64,000 nucleotides of DNA from a virus: positions 1-64,000 of IMG/VR virus record IMGVR_UViG_3300048444_000173; one strand, 5' to 3'. Below, one piece after another: positions 30,627-41,894 of this stretch. The first letter of the stretch is position 1; every line of letters starts with the position of its first letter. A model generated the notes under the pieces. That model searched no databases. It was given only the letters and a program-made list of their open reading frames with translations, and was not told where the DNA came from. The translations under genes were made by a program, and so were the position numbers.

Positions 30627-30694
30627 CTTATAACAAATCATTCTAACCAAATTAGCCTGTCCAAGTTGACGGGCTTTTTATTATTCGCTATGCT
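30627..30694 (+). promoter_or_regulatory. Terminator/promoter cassette, copy 2
   Basis: CTTATAAC..TTCTAA; hairpin AGCCTGTC/GACGGGCT plus T run overlapping TTGACG-17 bp-TATGCT. Confidence 0.7.
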
Positions 30695-30732
30695 GTAATT
30701 GTTACGTTGGAAAATACAGGAGCAAATAAGTT

Positions 30733-32944
30733 ATGAAAATCATCGGAACATCATACACGACGCCACCAGAGTATGAACACAACCATGAGTGGTTGCGTGA
30801 TATTATCGAAAATGCTGTCTATAACCTAGACGACGCTGGATTACTTGACGAGTTTCTTGAGCAATACTTTGGTGATGTCGATAGTTATGACGTGGATTTA
30901 CGTAATAAGGATTCACTTATAGATTACTTCCACGATGGTGTAGGCTATGATGACGTAATAGAAATATTTGACGGTTATGAGGAATATATTGATGCGTAAA
31001 AAGATTAGCAAGCGATATTACGCCAAACTCAAGCAAGCCTTTGACAATGACAGGATAATGTTTGACGGAATAACTAGAGCCTATGTCTCTGGCATAAACT
31101 CTAAGTCAATTATGACCAAAGAGCAGGCTCGATATTTAGCTAAGCAAATTGGCGGACACTGGAAAGATTTGCAAACGCTATGTCCTATCATATACAAAGT
31201 TGAGGATAATTGGATGAAAGATCTTGACGAAGATAATTTGGCAAGCTATAGTGAAGAAGAATTGAGCAAATAACTAAGGAGAATATCTTATGAAAACATT
31301 ATTAAGGTTAACCGCAGCAATTACAGCAACAGCATTTATGACGTTATCACCTGTGGTGTTAGCTTCGGATAACTCTGGTGAAGAAGTTACGTGTGAACAG
31401 TTTGCACAAGTGTCTGCGGTCATCATGGAAGCACGACAAAAGGGTGTGCCAATGGTGGACGCAATGAAAGTGGCGAGTGGTACGCCAGTATTTGAAGAGA
31501 TAATTAAGCAAGCCTATTCTGTTAGACGTTTTAGTTCGGATGAATACCGACAAGAAGCTATCACGGAGTTTAGCAATATGATTTATCGTGCTTGTCTTGA
31601 ATCGGATTATGGACATAAGGAGTGAGGCATGAAACAAATACCTTTACCAAACCCCTTCGACGCAGGTGACGTGCCAGATGACTTGCGCCCACACTTATCC
31701 ATAACAGTTGACGGAGAAAAGGTGGAGAAATGCTTTGAGGTATATCTTGGCGAAAATGGATACGCCTTGTGCTATACTGGCGAGTGGGATGAATCAGGTA
31801 ATCTTGGTACAATTATCCATGACGGATTAGTTGAGCTATGGTATACTAACGAAAAAGTGGAGGTGAGTTATGAGTGAGTTTACAGTTAATGCTGGTGATT
31901 ATATCTACCAGCCAAGTTTTACATATAGCGAGGTTTCATTATTCATTGAATTGGCGGCGGAGAGTGGAGCAGAGGTTACTAACTTCAGAACTGGTGATTA
32001 TGTCGCTTATGACAGTGAAGATGATATGATAGACAGTTCTTATAGTGGTCATCACAATGGTTTTGAGAGGAATATTACAAAGGCATTCCGTGAATACTTG
32101 GACAACAAAAAGCCTAAATCAAGCGTCAGCCCATCTATTCCACCTAAGCCTATTGTCGCTATTCATAAGGAGGATAATGCCTCTGATAGCCGCTTATGCT
32201 ATTACGCCAGAGATTTGAAGCATTTATTGAAGCAGATGGATAATGACCAAGAGAGCTTGGTGGATTATGAGCTATTTAATCTCGGAGAAGAATTGGAGCT
32301 GAGAGTAGAGGAGAAAGAGTTATGACAGAACCAAATGACTTAAATATCTTAGCGTGGTATGTTGACGCTATTATGCAAAAGCATGGGACATATTGTACGG
32401 TACAAGTTAAGCCTAAGTTTGACCATGATTCTCACAAATATAACGGCGGTACAAAAATCACAACTTATATTAGTGGATTACCTGATGGGGTAATGAGCCA
32501 CATTGACCATGATAGTTATGAAGAAGCTGAGGCTAGGCTTAGGGAATACTTTAACGGCGATCCGCTCGATATGTACGAGGAGTTACGCCGAAAGAAGATT
32601 GCCGTTATTAATCAACAGATAGAATATTTGCAGGAACAGTTGGATGAGTTAGAGGGGGATAAGCTATGAACAGCAGCCTAGACAAAATGACCTTAGCAGA
32701 AATTAAGGACTACGTATCTGCTTTAGAGAAGAAATCATCTAAGAATGACTATAAGGCTCATTTGGCTGATATTTTCACACAACTTGTGCAAATGATTGAT
32801 GACCAAGACGTTCGTGATATGAGGTTGGAGATAGATAACTCGGATAAAGCGCCCTTATTCGGCATGTATGATAGTCATGGTAATATGCCAGATATTAAGC
32901 CGAGACTAGGTTGGACAGAAATTACGATTAAAATTTTGAGCTAA
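30733..32944 (+). CDS. Early hypothetical genes (acidic 30733-30999, about 30992-31273, secreted 31290-31625, 31629-31877, 31870-32325, 32322-32669, 32666-32944)
   Basis: Coupled ORFs; the 31290 gene has a signal peptide. Confidence 0.55.
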
Positions 32945-32950
32945 ATAACC

Positions 32951-32979
32951 TTGACAGAATATTCGGCTTAGATTATAGT
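32951..32979 (+). promoter_or_regulatory. Sigma70-type promoter
   Basis: TTGACA-17 bp-TATAGT. Confidence 0.75.
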
Positions 32980-33013
32980 GGTGGTGATTTTATTTGGATG
33001 GATGGAGAGAGAT

Positions 33014-34322
33014 ATGGGTAACGAAAAATTTAACCAACCGTGGGAGCGGTCATCAACGACGTACAAGTTCGGTAAACCTATTGGTTACACTTTTGGTTAT
33101 GGATGCAACAAACATAACGACGGACCAAAAGGTAAAATTGCATACGTTGAAACTGACGACCCGAAAGTTGCTGACTTTATTCAGGCCGCGCCTGATATGT
33201 GTCGGGTTTTGAGTGATATTTCAAACCTTTTAGGTCAAGGATACCCTCACGAAAACCTTGTAGCAGAGCTAGAGGCTGTACATTCAGAAATAGATAAATC
33301 CCTAGCAAAAGCGCGAGGTGAGGTATGAATATCGAACAAATAAAACAAGTGCTTGAGGGTGCTGAAGAAGCCGACAATCATTTTCTTGAATTAGACGGTA
33401 AACATACACGGTACACTAGGCTTGCTAGTGACCATCATTGTTTAGACGACCTACGCACAATCCTAGCCCAGCATGAGGAAATTCAGCTATTGCGTGAGCA
33501 GCTAGAAATACAAACCAAGCGCGGGGATATGGTTAGTGGAGCTATTGATACAGCTTTGGATATAAAGGAGCAGAATAAATGAGTGAATACAGAAACTACG
33601 GCGATGACTTTATTATTGAGTCCAACAATTACGGTAAGCACGTATCAGCCATGACAGGTGAACAATTACATAGCAAGTCTGATATAGCCGCTGAATTGGC
33701 TTATCGTGATGACCGAATCGAGCAGTTGGAGCGTGAGAATGAATTAGCAACCAAAGAAGCCTTGTTAATGGTTCAAGCTATGCACAAAGACTTCTACTCG
33801 GATTCCGATGGTGCAGAGTTATTTGAGCCATTAGATACCACCTCTGGCTTACTTACTCAAATTGACAATATGTACGCAGGTATTCGTAACCGTTGCCGTG
33901 AGTTGGAGCGGGATAATCGGGAATTAGCTGATAAAAACTCCATCCTGTGGAATAGGTATAACGAAGCCAGTACAGTCACAGGAAAAGAATGGGGGTTAAC
34001 AAAAGAAAACCAAGCGCTAGCGGCGCATGTTGAACGTTTAATTAAAGCGTGTGAATTAGCCCGTGATAACTACGGTAAAATGCTATTGACTGACCCGCCG
34101 CAAGAAGCGTGGAAAGCAAATCAAGTGACCACAAAGTTGGTTGATGCAATAGCTTCAACGCCCCGAACCAGCCTAGCCGAGCGTGATGCGGAAGTTGCTA
34201 ATAAAGCATTATTGAAGCTGGCAGAATACATGGAAGAAGGTTTTGGTGTGCCAGTGACTATGGGTTGTGATGAGGTTAGAGATTACGCCGCCAAAATCCG
34301 CAACGAAGGTTCTGACCAATAA
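33014..34322 (+). CDS. Three hypothetical genes (about 33014-33328, 33325-33582, 33579-34322)
   Basis: AAPD..LAKARGE motif; [21 protein letters not shown] motif (Ea22/Ead-like, tentative). Confidence 0.55.
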
Positions 34323-34401
34323 CTTCCCCACCCACCTATCCTCAGTATTCGCCCTAGATGCTGGGGACAATTCCCTCCCTAAAAATATTCCAACAATTAA
34401 T

Positions 34402-34430
34402 TTGACAATGATTCGGACGAGTGATATTGT
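34402..34430 (+). promoter_or_regulatory. Sigma70-type promoter for the helicase
   Basis: TTGACA-17 bp-TATTGT. Confidence 0.7.
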
Positions 34431-34461
34431 TGCTGAAAGTTTTAAATTAGGAGACTATAAT

Positions 34462-35703
34462 ATGGACAAACAACAACAAGCCCTAGACGCTATTCATAAT
34501 GGAGAGAACATATTTCTCACTGGTGTAGGTGGTACAGGTAAGAGTTATGTCATTAATCAAATTAAAGATGATTCTACCATTATCTGTGCGCCAACAGGAA
34601 TTGCAGCACTAAATGTGGGCGGCATCACTTGTCATAAAGCCTTTGGATTGCCAACAGAGGTAGCGACTAAACATCATCGATCTATACATGGTAACAAGAA
34701 CGAACAGTTTAGAGAATTATTCTCTGGTAATATTGTTAAACGTATTGTTATTGATGAAATATCTATGTTGCGCCTAGATTATTTCGAACTAATTGACCAT
34801 AAACTACGTGCAGTGAGAAATAATGACCTACCCTTTGGTGGAATACAGATGGTAGTGGTAGGAGATTTCTTCCAATTAGAGCCTATAGTGAGCGTTAAGC
34901 ACAAGAAATTCTATTATATGCTATATCCTAGCGCCTTTTGCTTTAATAGCTCTAGCTGGAGCTTTAAGACCATAGAACTGGACAAGGTATATCGCCAAGA
35001 GGACGCTAATCAAGTTGCTATGTTGTCTTGTGTACGTAAAGCAGATAAACACGCTAAGTTAGCCTTAGACACAATTCAGAAACGTGCTGACATTTATAGA
35101 AACTCACCACTTACCTTAGAGTTATTTTGTTATAATGCTGGAGCAGATAAGGTTAATAAGCAGTGGTATGATGAGCTAAGCACAAGGGAATACACATATT
35201 TTGGTAGTAAACGTGGTAAGTGGAGTCCTAGTGAATTACCTGTACCAGAAGAATTACGTATGAAGTCTGGCGCAAGAATTATGCTATGTGCTAATGACTT
35301 AGAAGGGCAATATGTGAATGGTGATAGAGGCTTTATCAAGCAACTTAGCTATACAGGTATTGTCGTAGAGTTAGATGACGGCAGAATGGTCAATGTCCAA
35401 CCTTACACTTGGAAGAAGATTGATTATGAAAAGGTGGAGGGGGAGTTAGTACGTAATACTGACAATGAATATACACAGTTTCCTATCAAACTAGCATGGG
35501 CAATATCCATTCATAAATCACAAGGTATGACATTAGATAAGGTTGCTCTTAATGTTGGCAGAGGTTGTTTTGCACATGGTCAATTATACGTAGCCCTTAG
35601 TCGAGTTAAGGACTTGAATAAACTACAATTAGCAGAGCCATTAGTTTATAATCGTGATTTAATTGTCAAACAAGAGGTAAAGGAGTTTTATGAAAAAGAT
35701 TAA
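34462..35703 (+). CDS. PIF1/RecD-like SF1B DNA helicase
   Basis: [51 protein letters not shown]; start at MDKQQ after RBS AGGAG. Confidence 0.92.
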   Translation: MDKQQQALDAIHNGENIFLTGVGGTGKSYVINQIKDDSTIICAPTGIAALNVGGITCHKAFGLPTEVATKHHRSIHGNKNEQFRELFSGNIVKRIVIDEISMLRLDYFELIDHKLRAVRNNDLPFGGIQMVVVGDFFQLEPIVSVKHKKFYYMLYPSAFCFNSSSWSFKTIELDKVYRQEDANQVAMLSCVRKADKHAKLALDTIQKRADIYRNSPLTLELFCYNAGADKVNKQWYDELSTREYTYFGSKRGKWSPSELPVPEELRMKSGARIMLCANDLEGQYVNGDRGFIKQLSYTGIVVELDDGRMVNVQPYTWKKIDYEKVEGELVRNTDNEYTQFPIKLAWAISIHKSQGMTLDKVALNVGRGCFAHGQLYVALSRVKDLNKLQLAEPLVYNRDLIVKQEVKEFYEKD

Positions 35704-35872
35704 CTTAACACCAGAAGAAATAGATAACTTAGTATACAAAGCCACTGTAGCTAAATGTATCTTAGTTGAAGATGGTTATTCAGAGGAAGAAGCAAAGGAT
35801 TTAGCTTATGCTTTAGTCGATTATTGGATGGGGAAATATGATGATGAAAAAGGTTCAGGAAAATCCGAATAG
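35690..35872 (+). CDS. Hypothetical protein
   Basis: Overlaps the helicase stop; RBS AAGGAG. Confidence 0.5.
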   Translation: MKKINLTPEEIDNLVYKATVAKCILVEDGYSEEEAKDLAYALVDYWMGKYDDEKGSGKSE

Positions 35873-36635
35873 GTATTCTTATCGAAGTGATGATGATGGG
35901 AGTAAGACCGTAGTTATAACCGATTTAGGTAAGAACAAATTGGAGGACATTAGACAAGAGATGGAATCACTAGAAATGGAATATAATATGTTAAAACGGG
36001 ATGACGATGCCGATGTACAACTACGCCTGACAAAGATCAATGGTAAGATTAATTCATTACGACAGTTTGCAGCAAGAATTAGACGTGGTGATAAAGTTAA
36101 GAATACTTGGGATAATCAGTTTGCTACAAATTGCCATAGTTATGTCCTTGATAACGCTGGGGCAAGTGTTAGGGAAGCATTAGATACAACTGCTATGCAG
36201 ATGGGTAAGACAGAAGATTTTGTCAAAGATATGGAAAGACGTAAATACCCTAAATATGAACTGAATCATTTATTCCATGTTCTTAGTCATCACCCAATTT
36301 GGAACGACATGATAAACTATGACGAAATAGATAAGTCTGATATAAATACTGCTACAGATTTATCGAACCAGTTAAATAAGGTAAGAAGAGCTAGGAAGAG
36401 ATATCAGTGGCGTAAAGATACTGAAAGTAAATTGAAAGAACATGAGGTTAAGATAAAACAGTTAGAATTTGAAAGTAATCTTGCTAAGATAATGGAAGAG
36501 AAATACGGACAAAATGTTAAGCCAGATGATTTTGACATAGTATTAGCATGGAGAAACACTGGAATGAGTATTCGTCAGATATCTAAGCAAACAGGTATTA
36601 GTAAGAGTCGTGTTCAAAGGCTATTACAGGAATAA
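35838..36635 (+). CDS. Coiled-coil protein with C-terminal HTH DNA-binding domain
   Basis: GMSIRQISKQTGISKSRVQRLL at the C-terminus. Confidence 0.7.
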   Translation: MMMKKVQENPNRYSYRSDDDGSKTVVITDLGKNKLEDIRQEMESLEMEYNMLKRDDDADVQLRLTKINGKINSLRQFAARIRRGDKVKNTWDNQFATNCHSYVLDNAGASVREALDTTAMQMGKTEDFVKDMERRKYPKYELNHLFHVLSHHPIWNDMINYDEIDKSDINTATDLSNQLNKVRRARKRYQWRKDTESKLKEHEVKIKQLEFESNLAKIMEEKYGQNVKPDDFDIVLAWRNTGMSIRQISKQTGISKSRVQRLLQE

Positions 36636-37129
36636 TATAACAATGTCCCAACTATTAACGAAAGAATGCGGGCTAGAGAGGAGTCAAGGTTATTTTGACG
36701 TAATATATGGGACAGTTTTGGGACAACGTGCTTAAGAGACAATATAAGGCATAGTATGTGTCCCAAACTGATTATGTCACTATATCGGGTCGTATCGCTT
36801 TTACCCTAGTTTTGGACGGAAGAATGCGGCCTGTAGCTTGATTATGACTATTTTACCGATACGATTTTGTCCAAGTGTGCTATAGAAACATTATAAGGGT
36901 ATAATACCGTATCGGATAATTAAGTCATAGCTATTCTGGCGCAATATTAAGGCATAATTCTTAGGTATAGTTAGTTATGGCATAGGTAGTTATGCCTAAA
37001 TATACTGTATAAGTGTACAGTTATGAAGTGCTTCTATAAATTCGGGTCATAATGTACTGTGCAATCTGTTTTAGCGATACACTAAGACATAGTGATTTTG
37101 ACTAACACTTGGTCAAATTGACTAATGCT

Positions 37130-37350
37130 GTATTTGGGCATAGGATTGTGGTGCTGTATAGGGCATAGAGTTATGGCTAGGTATAAGGCATAGGATTGTG
37201 ACAATGTAATTTAGCATAGAATTGTGACTAGGTATTTTGGCAATGCTTATGGCGATGTATTTTGGCATAGTATTATGGCAATGTTTATGTCGATATTTAT
37301 GGTGATGCTATTTGGCATAAGATTATGACAATGTTTACGGCATTGTATCT
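37130..37350. repeat. Degenerate tandem repeat of about 25-26 bp, about 8 units
   Basis: Consensus near GTATTTGGCATAGGATTRTGRCAAT; units start at 37130, 37156, 37181, 37206, 37232, 37257, 37283, 37307. Confidence 0.75.
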
Positions 37351-37444
37351 GCAAATGTACTTGAAAGGGTAGCCAGATCCAACTAACACAGTAAAATATA
37401 CTTTACCGAACCTATTATCTCACCATAATTCTATGCTATAACCT

Positions 37445-37768
37445 TTTGCGTAATCATAAGTACACATATTATGCCTAAGTTTCTGGCGTGATCTTTTGCT
37501 AAGGAATCTTACCCTTTCGGGTATACATAAGTACAGATATTTTGCCAAAGTGTTTTTGCGTAATCATAAGTACAGATATTTTGCCAAAGTTTCGGGTATA
37601 CATAAGTAGGCAAATCATTCAGACGTAATCATAAATACAGGAATTTCGCCAGAGTGTTCAGGTTTACATAAGTACAAGAATTATGACAGGATATACATAA
37701 GTACAGATATTTTGCTCAGGTTTACATAAGTACAGATATTGTCAGGATATACATAAGTAGGCATATTT
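37445..37768. repeat. Array of nine CATAAGTA(CAGATATT) direct repeats
   Basis: Cores at 37455, 37526, 37565, 37601, 37630 (variant), 37667, 37696, 37725, 37752. Confidence 0.85.
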
Positions 37769-37869
37769 GTCCGAACCGTTTTCCGAACCATGCTGTGCCT
37801 AACACGTTCAACCTGTCGCTGTCAATACCCTTTGTATAGAATATTCTGCTATAACCTTATGCCAAAAAA

Positions 37870-38167
37870 TTATATACCTGAAGTATTGACAAGATTATTT
37901 TAACACTATCTAGCAATATAACCTTGCTGAATATATGCCATAATCTTTATTAATACTGCTGCACTGGAGTAATTTATAACGGTTATAAGCAATCTTGTTT
38001 TAATAACAATATTGAATATATGCCTAAAACGCTCTATACGGCATTCTAAGCAATTTTAGCCTTAAGTAATACGTTGGGCTAGGGTATAGGCGGATCTCCA
38101 TTTTCTATACAGAATGTTATATATAGCTAAATATTATATGCCTGAAGTATTGACAAGATCATTTTAA
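37870..38167 (+). repeat. Direct repeat TTATAT(A/G)CCTGAAGTATTGACAAGAT(T/C)ATTTTAA, two copies, each with a TTGACA
   Basis: Copies at about 37870-37903 and 38134-38167. Confidence 0.7.
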
Positions 38168-38265
38168 TATGCTATTCGCGTGTGCGTGTATATAAGAGTG
38201 TATCTAGCCGATATTGCCATATAACAGAATAGAATAGTAATAACGTTTAATATAATAAATTAATC

Positions 38266-38294
38266 CTTGCTAGTTTTCATTGATTCGCTATAAT
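38266..38294 (+). promoter_or_regulatory. Sigma70-type promoter for the pre-early cluster
   Basis: CTTGCT-17 bp-TATAAT with an AT-rich upstream region. Confidence 0.6.
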
Positions 38295-38339
38295 TGTTTA
38301 CAAGTTAAGGCGAACAACGCAACGAAAGGGTAAAATATT

Positions 38340-39243
38340 ATGAGCAAACGTAAACAGCAACGCATTCGCAACGAACGTATTAAAGCTACTTTATTGATTT
38401 TATCAGCGCTATTACTAGGTGCACTTGGTTATATTATGGTAGTGGTATAAGGAATTTATTATGATTTACATTGTAAGAGATTCGAACGACAACTTCAGCG
38501 TTACACGTACGCCACCAATGGCGCATAATGTAGGCGTAGTATCTGACTTAGCATACGAGCGCAACGGTTCAAGTGATAATCGCACTATGTACGGTGTTTT
38601 AACGCTACATTGCGAACAACGGTTATTGCAAAATGAATTGGCGGATATTGCACTAAAAACTAAATTATTAAACTTCATTAACGGGATTTAATCATGTTCT
38701 TATTCATGCTTATTTCTTCTTTTATATTCTTTGGCGTATTGCTTCATATTGGAATATCGCTAAATACTATGACCAAAGAAACTTACCAACTATTAGAAAA
38801 GAGTATTTAATTATGTTTTACAACGTACACATTGAAAACAACATCGCAAAAAATACAACCGCTTCAGGCGCTGAACGTATGTTAAAAGAGTTTGGCTTGA
38901 CTTCTCAGCAAATAGAACGAGCTTTACAAGTTGGCGTTGTTCCCCGTTCTTTTTGTAATTCTAAAATCAAGCTAGTTTGGATCAAAAAGGTGGGGGAATA
39001 ACCATGAATAATACTTGCGTTATTTATTGCAACGGTTTTAACCAATGGATCGTTCAAGCGGGTTTTGAAATAATCGGTCGTTATGACTCATTAAAAGGCG
39101 CTAGAATTGCAGCAACAAAAAAGGGCTTTAATCATGCAAAAATTAAAACGTGCTTTACTGGAATTTTTAGCTGCATCAAGCGTCACAGCTATTGGTTTAT
39201 TATCTTGCTATATTGCATGGACAACAACGCTTTAACGGCTTGA
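38340..39243 (+). CDS. Five small pre-early genes (38340-38450, 38461-38691, 38694-38810, 38813-39001, 39004-39243)
   Basis: Short co-oriented ORFs with RBSs; two are hydrophobic. Confidence 0.5.
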
Positions 39244-39292
39244 CAGGCTTTATAGCGTACAATTTAACACTAAATAATAAGGGTATATTATT

Positions 39293-39769
39293 ATGAAAAC
39301 TTTACAAACTCTGATCAACACTATTAACGACAACCTTGTTTTAAAAACTCGCCCCGATGATACGCAATTTTATTGTGTTGCTGATAATGCGCCTGAATAT
39401 GTGCAAGATCTAGCGCATCACGTCCATGACGATATGATGCCGGATGACTACCGGTATAAATTTTTAACGGAAACAATCCGAGAGATAGCAGATTATGACG
39501 AACAAACGCTAACTGACATGCTGACAGGTGATTATGATATTTATGACATTATCGGTGAACCTGATGTTTACAATCATAGTCTTTTACAGTGGCAAGCGTC
39601 CAACCTTTCACGCATGGAATATGCGGATGATTGTTTAGCAGAGTACGAACCTCAGTCATTATCACAGTTGTTAATGTCTGCACAACATAAGGAAATGGTA
39701 GAAGTGTTTAACCTAATTTTATCATGGTTGGAACAACAACAATATGAGATGTGGGAAGAAGTAGCATAA
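39293..39769 (+). CDS. Ocr-like acidic DNA-mimic (anti-restriction) candidate
   Basis: Very D/E-rich, EPDVYNHSLLQW motif, early position. Confidence 0.5.
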   Translation: MKTLQTLINTINDNLVLKTRPDDTQFYCVADNAPEYVQDLAHHVHDDMMPDDYRYKFLTETIREIADYDEQTLTDMLTGDYDIYDIIGEPDVYNHSLLQWQASNLSRMEYADDCLAEYEPQSLSQLLMSAQHKEMVEVFNLILSWLEQQQYEMWEEVA

Positions 39770-39945
39770 GCACGACAACAACCAATAGCTATAATTTTAT
39801 GCCGTAGTTATGGCGCTATATTTAATGCAATTAATTAAAGGGTAAAGATTATGCACAAATTAAACGACAAGAAGTTACGCAAGAATCATAAGCAATGGCG
39901 GCAAGGTCGAAAGAATCCAACTAAAAAGCAATGGGGTGTGTAATT

Positions 39946-40227
39946 ATGAAGCATTATTCAATAGACTACTTAAACGAGCACGGAACCAATGGCGGCGTTG
40001 TCGAGCTAGAATCCGGCGATTACTATCACGTTGTTTATATTGGAGCCGATCATGTTTGGGTGTTTGGTGCAGTGTGCAACGTGGGGTTATTAATGCAAGG
40101 GTATTATGACTGTGAAGAATACGAGAGCATCGATCAAGGCTTACAGGAGTTACTAACAGACCTCGAAATGCTAGAACGTGGCGAAGGTACTAGCGCTAAC
40201 TTTTATGCATACAATGAGGCGGTGTAA
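39946..40227 (+). CDS. Acidic hypothetical protein
   Basis: ORF after a GGGG RBS; start taken at MKHYS. Confidence 0.5.
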   Translation: MKHYSIDYLNEHGTNGGVVELESGDYYHVVYIGADHVWVFGAVCNVGLLMQGYYDCEEYESIDQGLQELLTDLEMLERGEGTSANFYAYNEAV

Positions 40228-40415
40228 CTTATGCTTAAATTTATAGCAGGATTAATAGTGATGTTATCATTAGCGCTAGATCATGAGGCTCAGATAATAG
40301 CAATACTTACTAGCGCTGTTATCATGGCGATTGATTTATCCGAGTTTGTTGGCGTAGGAGTGAAGGCGAATAATCGGCAACGGTAATATGAGGTGAACAA
40401 TTTGAGCATAGAGTT

Positions 40416-40452
40416 AGGGCTAGGATCTGTTATAGGGTTCTAGCCTTTTTTA
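40416..40452 (+). terminator. Intrinsic terminator closing the rightward arm
   Basis: GGCTAGGA...TTCTAGCC followed by T6. Confidence 0.65.
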
Positions 40453-40636
40453 TTGGGCTAAATAATTTTAGGCGATACACTGGCGCAATAGGTAAAGGCG
40501 ATTAATTATGGCAAGTTTAATCTATATAGCTATATGGTATAACCCACCACACCCCTATAACGGGGAGGAATAAGCCTTCTTACCCAGCCTAAACAGCCAC
40601 GGTAAATTTCACTTGCCAAAACTTACTCCCCCTCCT

Positions 40637-40870
40637 TTACCAAGAACCCCCGACCAAACAATTAAGCCTAGCTCTCTCACGAAAACTAATTATTTCCTGC
40701 TTGTTCAACTTACTTTGCGCCATATTCACTTGCACCACACCACACTCGTTACAAATACTGTAATGATTCTTGACCTCTCCCTTATAACCAAATGATGTTG
40801 TATGAACAACTCTGTCACAATGTTCTGTCAAACGCCCTTCTTCACACAAAGGACATAATTGTTTATCCAT
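40637..40870 (-). CDS. Stand-alone MqsA/YgiT-type zinc-finger domain (antitoxin N-terminal domain, no HTH)
   Basis: CPLCEEGRL...YKG....HYSICNECG.......SKLNK..I..FR. Confidence 0.6.
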   Translation of the reverse strand: MDKQLCPLCEEGRLTEHCDRVVHTTSFGYKGEVKNHYSICNECGVVQVNMAQSKLNKQEIISFRERARLNCLVGGSW

Positions 40871-40960
40871 GCCTTAATAACCTCCCATATCCTTTCGCCC
40901 ACTAACTCGATCAAACCCTTTGTTATAATCACTACCCAAGAACCTCTCCCAGAAATAATA

Positions 40961-41892
40961 TCAGCGAACCTCATAACCACGAAACGCTGACTTTTGATAC
41001 CTACCTCCTTTCCCATTCATACCATTATGATCATGTCTCGAATAAACAACTACGCCAGTATTTTTAGCAACACTTGTGCTGAATATATCTTTACCACCAT
41101 TCTTAGCCATACCATAACAGGAGTAGTCCGTGTGTTTATATATTCGATAAGTTACACCTTGTTTAATTACAATATCATCCATCTGAATACACTCTTGTAA
41201 TTTCTTATCCCTCCATCCCACATCGTCTGTCCACACAACTTTACCACACTCTACTTCTACAATTCCTCGTTTGAGTAATGAGCGCAAAGCTACACTCATG
41301 TCTTGGTCACACTCCCCATCGATATATACACTATAGTAATATTGCGTAGGTTTTAGCTCATAATCCCCTCCCCCTATGATATAGTCAATACACTTTTGCT
41401 GATTATCACTTAAGATAGGATTGGTATAGCTGTCAGGACTCATTGCATTTCCTCCAATGCTTCCTTAGCCTTAAGATAATCCATAACAAGCTCAACGTTA
41501 CGGTCTGAATACTCGAACGAAATATCCTCGCAATCATCGTATATGCTAATAGTGTTGTCAGCGTAGAATGAGATGTTCATGCTGGCGTTATTTGCTAACT
41601 GTATTAAGGCATCTTTGAGATTACCTACAATAATCCGCTTAGGTTTATAATCCACTCTGTTCATCATAGCATAAGCTGCCTCATATTCTTCTTTCGTACA
41701 GATATATGTCCAGTATTCATTATCATCAACACCGCTCTTAGTGGCAGAGTCTACAATTAAATAAGTGGGGTAATCGTAAGCGTCATTATCTGGTGTGGAC
41801 TTAATGAGATACCCATCCTCTCCAAAGTTTAATGCTTTAATACTACCCCAATCACCACCTGTGTCCACCACTGCTTGTTCAATCTTGTTCAT
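40961..41892 (-). CDS. Two hypothetical proteins (40961-41443, 41440-41892)
   Basis: Coupled ORFs with RBSs. Confidence 0.55.
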
Positions 41893-41894
41893 AA

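Noticed and set aside
34267-34461. N-terminal extension of the PIF1 helicase
   Set aside because: It spans a promoter and RBS that point to ATG 34462.
37445-37768. CRISPR array
   Set aside because: The conserved core is only 8-16 bp, the intervening segments are themselves repeated rather than unique spacers, spacing is irregular and there are no cas genes.
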